Positions 1 to 9,983 of a stretch of DNA of 35,011 bases are shown one piece after another. This DNA comes from Thraustochytrium aureum (taxonomy: Eukaryota). The position numbers and the translations under genes are program-made. The notes beneath the pieces are model-generated. The model searched no databases, was not told the origin of the DNA, and saw nothing but the letters and a program-made list of their open reading frames with translations. The stretch's first letter is position 1. Each line of letters opens with the position of its first letter. The stretch covers positions 136,993-172,003 of the forward strand of contig BLSG01000122.1 in NCBI GenBank assembly GCA_012862495.1, in the 5' to 3' direction.

Positions 1-315
1 TTTCTTCCGATCTGTTCTGTTCTGTTCGTCTCGCACGCTGTTTGCACGAGGAACGGAGAGCTGTTCGCCAGGGAGGGCCTCCACTTACTCCCGGGCTCGA
101 CACAGGAATTGCCGTGCGCAGCTTGCGCACAAAGAGGCTCTGGAAGGGAGGGAGGCGCAGGGGAGGCGGCGCGGCTGTTTGGGGCCGCTCGGGAGAGCGG
201 GTGGAGGCTCGGCGAATCTCGGGACGAGTTCGGCCGACGATGCGGCGAGTGCACGTCGGGGATTTTTTAAGGAGGAGGTACGGTACGAGAATCGGAGGGG
301 AAGGGCAGTGGGGAT

Positions 316-1370
316 TTACAAAGTGCGCCGGGTCCTGTGTGAGACTATGCCTTCCCGGTCTCCTGCTGAATCTGGTGTTGTTGTTGTTGCTGCGGGGGGC
401 GCGTTGGTGCTTTGGCAACGGGGGCGTGCGCGGCTGGCAGGTTGGTGGTCGACGGGGCGTCGTTCTCGAGCGACCTGGCGGCGCCGAGGCCGGCAGAGGG
501 GGGGCTCCACGCGGTCCACGCGGATCTCGTCGCCGTTCTCGTCGAAGAGTCGCGTCACGCGGCCCACGCCCTTGGACTGCGACTCGCGGAAGATGAGAAT
601 GCGGTCCAGCTCGACGTACTCGGGGGCGTTCAGGAAGCGAAAGTGCACCAGGACCTGCGAGCCCGTGCGCGCTACAACCTCCTCGCCCTTCTCGGAGCGG
701 ATCGCCAGGATGCGGGCCGACTGGCGCGATCCGGCCATGTGGATGAAGGGGCTGTAGCCGCGGTCGATCGTCGTCGCGTGGTGCAGCACCTTGACGTTGG
801 CCTCAAACTCGCGCACCGTCTGGCGGCGGGCCTGCTCGAGGTCTTGCTCGCCGACGAACACCATGCCCTTGCGGAACCAGTCGCGCTTCAGCGGCTGCTT
901 CTCCAGCGACTTGATCGCAAACGTCGCGTGCTGGCCCGCGTAGGCGGCGCGGGACGGCACGCACTGGCGGTGGATCGAACGCACGAGCACGGGGCGGTAA
1001 TCGCCGAGCCGGCCCGGCCCGATAAAGAGGCGCTGGCCGACTTGCGCCATGCCCGTGCGCACAGTGGCGCCCACAACAATCCCGACGCCAGGCACGTTGT
1101 AGTGTCGTCGACGAGCATGTTGAGCGGGCCCCCTATCTCGGCCGCCAGCCCGGCGCCCTTGTCCGTGTCGGAGGCGACCGGTGTCACGACCGGCTCGCCC
1201 GCCTTGCACTCCTCCGCGCTGGCCCCGAACTGGCCGGGCGTGACGACGAGCTCCGTCTTGGAGATGGCAAGCTGCTTGATGAACTCGCGCAGGTTGTCCA
1301 GGTTGGCGCCCGTGACGCACGAGACCTCAAAGACGGGCGCAAAGCTAAAGTTGGTGCTCTCCATGCACTT
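316..1370 (-). CDS. GTPBP1/GTPBP2-like translational GTPase (EF-Tu/eEF1A superfamily), C-terminal part; G1-G4 region lost in gap 1371-2250; frameshift near 1100
   Basis: One frame gives APVFEVSCVTGANLDNLREF (end of G domain) to LNMLVDD; a second frame continues YNVPGVGIVVGATVRTG...SIHRQCVP...AGQHATFAI (domain II) and EFEANVKVLHHATTIDRGYSPFIH...RQSARI...VHFRFLNAPEYV...LIFRESQSKGVGRV (domain III), typical of GTPBP1/2. True stop may be 345-347 if a second indel lies in the G-run near 498-504. Confidence 0.88.
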
Positions 1371-2574
1371 NNNNNNNNNNNNNNNNNNNNNNNNNNNNNN
1401 NNNNNNNNNNNNNNNNNNNNNNNNNNNNNNNNNNNNNNNNNNNNNNNNNNNNNNNNNNNNNNNNNNNNNNNNNNNNNNNNNNNNNNNNNNNNNNNNNNNN
1501 NNNNNNNNNNNNNNNNNNNNNNNNNNNNNNNNNNNNNNNNNNNNNNNNNNNNNNNNNNNNNNNNNNNNNNNNNNNNNNNNNNNNNNNNNNNNNNNNNNNN
1601 NNNNNNNNNNNNNNNNNNNNNNNNNNNNNNNNNNNNNNNNNNNNNNNNNNNNNNNNNNNNNNNNNNNNNNNNNNNNNNNNNNNNNNNNNNNNNNNNNNNN
1701 NNNNNNNNNNNNNNNNNNNNNNNNNNNNNNNNNNNNNNNNNNNNNNNNNNNNNNNNNNNNNNNNNNNNNNNNNNNNNNNNNNNNNNNNNNNNNNNNNNNN
1801 NNNNNNNNNNNNNNNNNNNNNNNNNNNNNNNNNNNNNNNNNNNNNNNNNNNNNNNNNNNNNNNNNNNNNNNNNNNNNNNNNNNNNNNNNNNNNNNNNNNN
1901 NNNNNNNNNNNNNNNNNNNNNNNNNNNNNNNNNNNNNNNNNNNNNNNNNNNNNNNNNNNNNNNNNNNNNNNNNNNNNNNNNNNNNNNNNNNNNNNNNNNN
2001 NNNNNNNNNNNNNNNNNNNNNNNNNNNNNNNNNNNNNNNNNNNNNNNNNNNNNNNNNNNNNNNNNNNNNNNNNNNNNNNNNNNNNNNNNNNNNNNNNNNN
2101 NNNNNNNNNNNNNNNNNNNNNNNNNNNNNNNNNNNNNNNNNNNNNNNNNNNNNNNNNNNNNNNNNNNNNNNNNNNNNNNNNNNNNNNNNNNNNNNNNNNN
2201 NNNNNNNNNNNNNNNNNNNNNNNNNNNNNNNNNNNNNNNNNNNNNNNNNNGGGCAAGTTGAAGCTGCAGTTCGTATTTGCGGGAGATTCTGGCTGTTTCC
2301 CTCTCTGGTCTTTGAGAGGGAGAGCGGGCTCCTCCTCGGCGCGCGGGAGGCAGTTGTGAGGGCACCGCACGCCAAGAAAAGTCTTCTTTAGTTTTTTGTT
2401 TTTTTGACGAAAGCAGAACAGACGCGTATCGATCCCGGAAGAGACCTCGAACTGGGCAGGCGCGAGCGCGGCGGCTCGTCGTTCTCCACGAAGGAGAGCC
2501 GCTGCGCGAGGGAGCGCACTGCATGGAAGGCAGCAACCCAGGCGTCGCTGGGCCGCTCGCGCCCCGGAATCGCA

Positions 2575-5500
2575 CTAGCGGTTGAGCCACGACGAAGCCT
2601 GCGAGAACAGGTTGCTGCCAACCTGGCCCATCACCTTGAGCGCGCTCGCAGTGTCCTCGCCGTCGTGAGCCGCACTGGAAGCCGGCTCAAGCGAACGCGA
2701 CGAGGCAGAGCGCGCGTCCACAAGGCCCTTCCGCTGCATCGCCCGCTTGTGCTGCATACTGCGCATGGACGACGGGATCGGCAGCAGCGGGATGCGCGCC
2801 ACCGTCGTGTTGCCGAGATACCCCAAATGGAGGAGGTTGTTGGTGTCGTACGCAGAAGTTGTCTCGAAGGTGGGCGCAAGCGGAAGCCCGGTCGCGCGCT
2901 GGGAACGCTCGAAGAAGGCCTTGACCATCAGCGTCGGCCCGAACAAAAGCGCGTTGCGCTCCCGATAGGTGCGGACGCGGCCCAGCAAAAGCTGCTCGTG
3001 CAGCTCCCACTGCACCACGTCGATGTGGTCAGAGTCCACCACGCGCTCTACGAGGCGGGCCAAAGGGTTTGGCTTTCCAGGCCGATCACGCACGAACAGC
3101 AGCCACTCAAACCAGTGAAGGTCAAAGATGGTCTGCAACGCGGCAGCCTCGTTTGGCGTGTCCTCGTGCCGGTCCATGTGCGCGCTGTACAGCTCCTCCA
3201 CAGCCTCAAGGCCCCTGTCTGCGAGCTGGAGGATGGCCTGCTGACTTGCGCGGCAGAACAAGTCCACGGCGGTGTCCAGAAACGCGTCCCCTCCACGCCA
3301 GCTTTCCTCCGCGCCTTCACGCGAAAAGCTGGGCGCGACCATGGCAGTTGAGGAGATGAACCTGCTGTCCCCGATCATGCGGATTTGCTTTGAGAGCAGG
3401 AACGAAAACATGGCCACGCCTGGCGACACGGTCCCGGGAAGCACTTCCGTGACCCCCTCGTCCTCGTTGCCAGAGTCGTCGCTGCCTAGTGCGGGATCAT
3501 CCGCGTCGCCGCCGTCGCCTCCGCCGATGCTGACTGCGATGCGCTCCCACCCCGAGTGCAGCATCCGCCAGTCTCTGTGCAACGTCCAGTCCTGCGCCTC
3601 GAGCGAGGCTCGCAGTACCTCTTTGCTCGAGGCGAGCGAGAGGCTAGCAAACATGCCGTGCGCGCGGCTTGACATGGCCTCCAAGCGCTCCATCGAGCTT
3701 AGGGTCTCCTCGGCACCGAAGAACCCGGCGACCGCGGCATCTCTGGCAGAGGCCACGAGGGCCTGCGCGACGCGGGAGACAAACAGGGCGCGCTTCAAGT
3801 TGCTCACCATTGCCTCATGCCGCGGGGACGCTGGCGCGACAGCGTCCGATTCAGACGCGAGATCGCTTTCTCTGCTCTGCATGTCTGCAGACACGCCCTC
3901 GTCGAACTGTTTTGCGGCCTCCTGCAGCGTGGCATCCAACCGCCCCACCAGGCCGTCCACGGCGCGGCATGTTCGGGCGCGCAGACGCGCGGCCAGCTCG
4001 GCAGCGTCCTCCCCAGCGCCAGCACAAAACGCATCCTTGGCGGCGGCAACGTCGGCAGCGCCGACGCTAAACTGGTACACGAAGAGCACAGCAGCGCGGG
4101 CGCGGTCGACTGCATCCTCCGAGAGAACCAGGGGCACCAACTCGGCGCGGATCGAATCGGCAGCCGCCTCCGCATCGGCAAGGCCAGCCCTCATCGTGCT
4201 GGTGGAGCCCAGCGGCACGGCTTGCTAGGTCGGGGCTGCCGGAGCGTTCTGGACCTTGCGCGCCGGCCTCGCCAGCGAGGCGTACGAGCCGCTCGACATT
4301 GCCTGCAAGCTCGCCACAGACATCGCCAAATGCTGCCGCAAGGAGGCATGCGCCGCGCTCGACAAAGGTCTCGCCAAACATGAGCTTGAAAAGGAACAGC
4401 CCGTTCTTGGACCCAGCCGCGGGCTTGGCGGCTGACGGTTCGAGCACTGCTTGCGCCGCCTTTGCCCAAATCGTGGGGTCGAGGTCAGCGTCGGCGTCGA
4501 GGCTGGCCCCGCCAGACTTTTCGATCTCAACCAGTTGGGCTTGCTGCTTCGGAGCGCGTCGATCGAGTCCACCGATTCAAGCGCCGAGCTGGCCCTGGCC
4601 GCGATCGCGGCAGCGCGGTCCCGAAGCCAGGCGCTCATTGCGCGCTTGGTAAAGTCCACGTCAACAGACATGGATTCGTCTAGCCGATCGCCGCCAGGTC
4701 CGTAGAGCTGAGCGACATCCACGACAGTGCGCAGAACAAGCGCAAAGGCGCTGACCAAGCTCACTGGAGCAGAATCCGCGAACGGGTTGTCTGCGTACTC
4801 GAGCCCAGCCTTGGCGGGCGCCCCTCCGGCCTCGCTGTCCGTTACTGAGGCCGCACCACCGGTTTTGCCTGGCGACGTGCTTCGGGCTGCGGTCGCGGCG
4901 CCGCCTTCAGTCGCGACGCCGCGCGTCAGACCAGGGCCCGCCGCCTCTCCTTGCGGCAGGACGGCGCCCGCGGGGTCTGACAGCGTGGCCTCGACAAGCT
5001 CTGCTCGCGCTTGCAGCAGGCGGGCGACACTCTCTTGCGGCGTCACGTGGCCCAGCACCACGAGCGCCCGGATCGCGCCTGCAGTTGCTTCCAAGGAGAC
5101 CGCGCTGCTGCACAGGATCAGCGTGGCTTCATGCAGGATTTTCTCTCGGGCCTGCTCCACGAGTGACCAATGGGACCTCAAGTACGGATACAGGTCCCAG
5201 ATGTTGGCGGCTGCCGCCGCGCCGCTCAGATGAGAATTCGCCGGCGATGCGGCGCGGCAAGCTGAGGCGTATCCCGCGAGAGCGGCACCCTCCACCGCGT
5301 CCACTCCAAGCGCGTCCAAGTCTGCCGCATCGAACTTGACCTGCGGGCCTCCAGCACCCTCGCCCGCGCGCTCGGGCTCAAGCTCCAACGCCTTGAGCAG
5401 ATTGTAGGCCTCGAGAGCGCCCAGGTAAAGCTCGCACGCCGTCCACAGCTGTTTCGAGTCTATGCTCTCCCAGATGTTGACTGCTGCCTGCGTCAAGATG

Positions 5501-5770
5501 TCCGCCTTGTTGACTTGCCAAGGGAGCGAAGCGCCCCCTGGCTCGCTGCGGCGCCATTACTCCCTTGCGCGAGGCGCGGGGATCGCGCCGGCGCCGGCTT
5601 GGACGTGGTTGGCACAGCCAAGACCTCTTCGCCCCTGACGAGCGCGCCGGCGTCCTTTTCGATCGACGCCACGAGCGCCTTGAACTGGTCCACGGTGCGG
5701 TCCATGCCGACGATCGCGTCGGCCGAGTCGATCAGGTCATGATACCTGTCGCTGATGAGCTCTCGGAGCT
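2575..5770 (-). CDS. COG1: Conserved oligomeric Golgi complex subunit 1-like (Vps51/COG1 family); N-terminus in gap; three frameshifts (about 5500-5600, 4550, 4222)
   Basis: N-terminal LRELISDRYHDLIDSADAI matches the Vps51/COG1 motif; later IWESID..L..ACELY and C-terminal ALQTIFDL..FEWLL...IDVVQWELHEQLL...NALLFG resemble COG1. Spread over ORFs 5493.., 4225..5496, 4067..4447 and 2575..4218. Confidence 0.78.
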
Positions 5771-6308
5771 NNNNNNNNNNNNNNNNNNNNNNNNNNNNNN
5801 NNNNNNNNNNNNNNNNNNNNNNNNNNNNNNNNNNNNNNNNNNNNNNNNNNNNNNNNNNNNNNNNNNNNNNNNNNNNNNNNNNNNNNNNNNNNNNNNNNNN
5901 NNNNNNNNNNNNNNNNNNNNNNNNNNNNNNNNNNNNNNNNNNNNNNNNNNNNNNNNNNNNNNNNNNNNNNNNNNNNNNNNNNNNNNNNNNNNNNNNNNNN
6001 NNNNNNNNNNNNNNNNNNNNNNNNNNNNNNNNNNNNNNNNNNNNNNNNNNNNNNNNNNNNNNNNNNNNNNNNNNNNNNNNNNNNNNNNNNNNNNNNNNNN
6101 NNNNNNNNNNNNNNNNNNNNNNNNNNNNNNNNNNNNNNNNNNNNNNNNNNNNNNNNNNNNNNNNNNNNNNNNNNNNNNNNNNNNNNNNNNNNNNNNNNNN
6201 NNNNNNNNNNNNNNNNNNNNNNNNNNNNNNNNNNNNNNNNNNNNNNNNNNNNNNNNNNNNNNNNNNNNNNNNNNNNNNNNNNNNNNNNNNNNNNNNNNNN
6301 NNNNNNTG

Positions 6309-8738
6309 GGCGGCAACGCGGCCTCGCAGTTTGTGACTTCGCCGCACATGGGCCGGCGGACGAGCTCCTCGGCACGGTCGCGCAAGACCTTCACGGAGAT
6401 TCTGATGCACATGGAGATGCTCCCGCGCGCGGGGGCCGGGAGAACGGTGATCGGCGTCTTCACCTTTGTCCTGGTCTTCATCGCGCTGTTCCAGGGCATT
6501 GTGCTGGGCTCCATTTTGCTGATTAGCATTGCGGCCGTGACCGTGGCTTGGGCCATGATTCACTGGATGATGCTTCAGGACCCAGGGCCCGAGGACATGC
6601 AAACCATTGGCAACGCGATCCGGGAGGGCTCTGACAGCTTCTTCGCGCGCGTGTACGGAACCATCTTCAAGCTGTCCATGCCGATGGCCGCGCTCCTTTT
6701 CGTCGTTTACGCGTTCCGCAAGCCCGCCAGGGGCCACGAGGGCATCAACCAGGCCGGCCTCGCGTTCATGGCCTCGTTCTCGTTTCTCCTCGGCGCGGGG
6801 TGCTCGGCGCTCGCGGGCTACATCGGCCTGTGGGTCTCGGTGCGCGCCAATGTACGCGTCTCGTCTGCCGCAACCCGCTCCTACTACGGAACAATCCAGC
6901 TGGCACTGCGCTCGGGCTTCACCGCCGGGCTCATCGTGGTCACCATGGTCGTGCTGGGCGTTTCGCTCCTGTTCATCGTGTTTTGCAGCGTTTATGAAGG
7001 CGTGGAGGGCGAGCCTGGCGCGATCCCCTTTACGCGCGTCCCGCTCTTGCTCGTTGGATTCGGGTTTGGCGCCTCTTTTGTCGCCATCTTCTCGCAGCTT
7101 GGTGGTGGCATCTTCACAAAGGCTGCCGACGTCGGCGCAGACCTCGTCGGCAAGGTCGAGCAGGGGATCCCCGAGGACGACCCGCGCAACCCGGCCGTGA
7201 TTGCCGACCTCGTTGGCGATAACGTCGGCGACTGCTCGGCCCGCGGCGCGGACTTGTTTGAGTCTATTTCTGCCGAGATCATCTCCACGATGATCCTCGC
7301 CGGCTCGCTGGCGTCCCAATGCGGAATGACCCCTGGGGAGACCAAGGGCTTTGTGCTCTTCCCGCTCTTGGTGCACGCCTTTGACCTCGTGGTCAGCTCA
7401 ATCGGGGTGCTCTCCGTCTCGGACAACGGCCCTGGCGTCGGCGCCGCCATGGAGGACCCTCTCAAGGTCATGAAGCGAGGCTACTTTGTCTCGCAGGTCT
7501 GCGCGGTGGTGGGCTTCTTCTTCACGACGCGGATTATGCTGTACACGTCGACGGCGCCAGGAGCCTGGTTCAACTTTTTCCTGTGCGGGCTTGTTGGGAT
7601 GGTCTCGGCCTACCTGCAGATGCTCGTCACGCAGTACTACACCGACTACGTCTACAGGCCTGTCCGCAGCATCGCAGACGCTAGCGTGGCCGGCCACGCC
7701 ACCAACGTGATCGCTGGCCTCGCCGTGGGCATGGAGAGCGTCATGTACCCGACGCTCATCATGTGCGCTTCGATACTCTCGGCCTACTTTCTTGGCAACA
7801 CCAGTGGGCTCCAAGATCGCGACGGGAACCCCAACGGCGGCCTCTTTGGCACTGCCGTCGCAACCATGGGCATGCTCTCGACGGCCGTGTACGTCCTCAG
7901 CATGGACATTTTCGGCCCCATTTGCGACAACGCGGGCGGCATCGTGGAGATGAGCGGCCAGCCAGAGTCGGTGCGCGATATCACCGACCGACTCGACGCA
8001 GTCGGCAACACCACCAAAGCGACAACCAAGGGATTTGGGATCGGAAGTGCAGCGCTGGCTTGCTTTCTTCTCTTCCGCGCCTTCATGGACGAGGTTTCCG
8101 AGTACACTGGGCAGCCATTCGACGTCGTCGACATCGCCACGCCCGAGGTCTTTGTGGGGGGGTTCCTCGGCGCCGCAATGATCTTTCGCTTTTCGGCGAG
8201 CACGATGAGCGCCGTGGGAGAGGCGGCGCAGTCTGTTGTTGAGGAGGTTCGCCGGCAGTTCCGCGATTGCCCGGGCATCATGGACGGCTCGGAGCGCCCG
8301 CAATACGCCGTCTGTGTCGACGTCGTCTCCAAGGCGGCGCTCCAAAAGATGACGTTCCCCGGCCTGCTCGTGACGATCATGCCCGTTGCCGTGGGGCTCT
8401 TCTTTCGTGTTGTCGGCTCGTACACGAACGACAATCTGCTTGGCGCTAAGGCGCTCGCTGGCTTCCTCATGTTTGCCACGGTGACGGGTATTGTGATGGC
8501 TCTCTTCCTCAACAACGCTGGCGGGGCCTGGGACAACACCAAAAAGCTGATCGAGACTGGCGTGCACGGCGGGAAGGGCAGCGAAGCCCACAAGGCAGCG
8601 GTGACCGGCGACACGGTCGGCGACCCGACCAAGGATGCCGCCGGCCCAGCGCTGCACGTTGTTATCAAGCTCATCGCCAACATCGCGATGGTCCTCGCGC
8701 CAATTTTTGTCAACGAGCCGCCCTCGGCCATCCAGTAG
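6309..8738 (+). CDS. Membrane H+-translocating pyrophosphatase, K+-independent (type II, AVP2-like); start in gap or at ATG 6348
   Basis: Motifs GGGIFTKAADVGADLVGKVEQGIPEDDPRNPAVIADLVGDNVGD, GPICDNAGGIVEM, DAVGNTTKATTKG, GGAWDN, TGDTVGDP.KD; many TM helices; TAG at 8736-8738. Confidence 0.96.
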   Translation, partial: GGNAASQFVTSPHMGRRTSSSARSRKTFTEILMHMEMLPRAGAGRTVIGVFTFVLVFIALFQGIVLGSILLISIAAVTVAWAMIHWMMLQDPGPEDMQTIGNAIREGSDSFFARVYGTIFKLSMPMAALLFVVYAFRKPARGHEGINQAGLAFMASFSFLLGAGCSALAGYIGLWVSVRANVRVSSAATRSYYGTIQLALRSGFTAGLIVVTMVVLGVSLLFIVFCSVYEGVEGEPGAIPFTRVPLLLVGFGFGASFVAIFSQLGGGIFTKAADVGADLVGKVEQGIPEDDPRNPAVIADLVGDNVGDCSARGADLFESISAEIISTMILAGSLASQCGMTPGETKGFVLFPLLVHAFDLVVSSIGVLSVSDNGPGVGAAMEDPLKVMKRGYFVSQVCAVVGFFFTTRIMLYTSTAPGAWFNFFLCGLVGMVSAYLQMLVTQYYTDYVYRPVRSIADASVAGHATNVIAGLAVGMESVMYPTLIMCASILSAYFLGNTSGLQDRDGNPNGGLFGTAVATMGMLSTAVYVLSMDIFGPICDNAGGIVEMSGQPESVRDITDRLDAVGNTTKATTKGFGIGSAALACFLLFRAFMDEVSEYTGQPFDVVDIATPEVFVGGFLGAAMIFRFSASTMSAVGEAAQSVVEEVRRQFRDCPGIMDGSERPQYAVCVDVVSKAALQKMTFPGLLVTIMPVAVGLFFRVVGSYTNDNLLGAKALAGFLMFATVTGIVMALFLNNAGGAWDNTKKLIETGVHGGKGSEAHKAAVTGDTVGDPTKDAAGPALHVVIKLIANIAMVLAPIFVNEPPSAIQ

Positions 8739-9983
8739 ACGCAGCCGGCGGCCCCCGGGGTGGGGGGGGAGCGCGGGGTGGTGTGCTTGCACCTTGAGCG
8801 GCGGGTTTCCGCTACTTTTCCGTGGCCAATCCGCGACCGTGCTTGGCCACGGCCTTGCCTCGCGTCTTCAACCAAAACAAGACTCGTAGATCCACTCGCT
8901 CGTTGCTGCGGGAAGCCCCTGTAGCTTCTCATCCAGCCCGACGCCTCCATACAATCAAAAACGCTCGAAACTTTTCATCAATCAATCAAACAAAAGGATG
9001 ACNNNNNNNNNNNNNNNNNNNNNNNNNNNNNNNNNNNNNNNNNNNNNNNNNNNNNNNNNNNNNNNNNNNNNNNNNNNNNNNNNNNNNNNNNNNNNNNNNN
9101 NNNNNNNNNNNNNNNNNNNNNNNNNNNNNNNNNNNNNNNNNNNNNNNNNNNNNNNNNNNNNNNNNNNNNNNNNNNNNNNNNNNNNNNNNNNNNNNNNNNN
9201 NNNNNNNNNNNNNNNNNNNNNNNNNNNNNNNNNNNNNNNNNNNNNNNNNNNNNNNNNNNNNNNNNNNNNNNNNNNNNNNNNNNNNNNNNNNNNNNNNNNN
9301 NNNNNNNNNNNNNNNNNNNNNNNNNNNNNNNNNNNNNNNNNNNNNNNNNNNNNNNNNNNNNNNNNNNNNNNNNNNNNNNNNNNNNNNNNNNNNNNNNNNN
9401 NNNNNNNNNNNNNNNNNNNNNNNNNNNNNNNNNNNNNNNNNNNNNNNNNNNNNNNNNNNNNNNNNNNNNNNNNNNNNNNNNNNNNNNNNNNNNNNNNNNN
9501 NNNNNNNNNNNNNNNNNNNNNNNNNNNNNNNNNNNNNNNNNNNNNNNNNNNNNNNNNNNNNNNNNNNNNNNNNNNNNNNNNNNNNNNNNNNNNNNNNNNN
9601 NNNNNNNNNNNNNNNNNNNNNNNNNNNNNNNNNNNNNNNNNNNNNNNNNNNNNNNNNNNNNNNNNNNNNNNNNNNNNNNNNNNNNNNNNNNNNNNNNNNN
9701 NNNNNNNNNNNNNNNNNNNNNNNNNNNNNNNNNNNNNNNNNNNNNNNNNNNNNNNNNNNNNNNNNNNNNNNNNNNNNNNNNNNNNNNNNNNNNNNNNNNN
9801 NNNNNNNNNNNNNNNNNNNNNNNNNNNNNNNNNNNNNNNNNNNNNNNNNNNNNNNNNNNNNNNNNNNNNNNNNNNNNNNNNNNNNNNNNNNNNNNNNNNN
9901 NNNNNNNNNNNNNNNNNNNNNNNNNNNNNNNNNNNNNNNNNNNNNNNNNNNNNNNNNNNNNNNNNNNNNNNNNNNNNNNNNNG

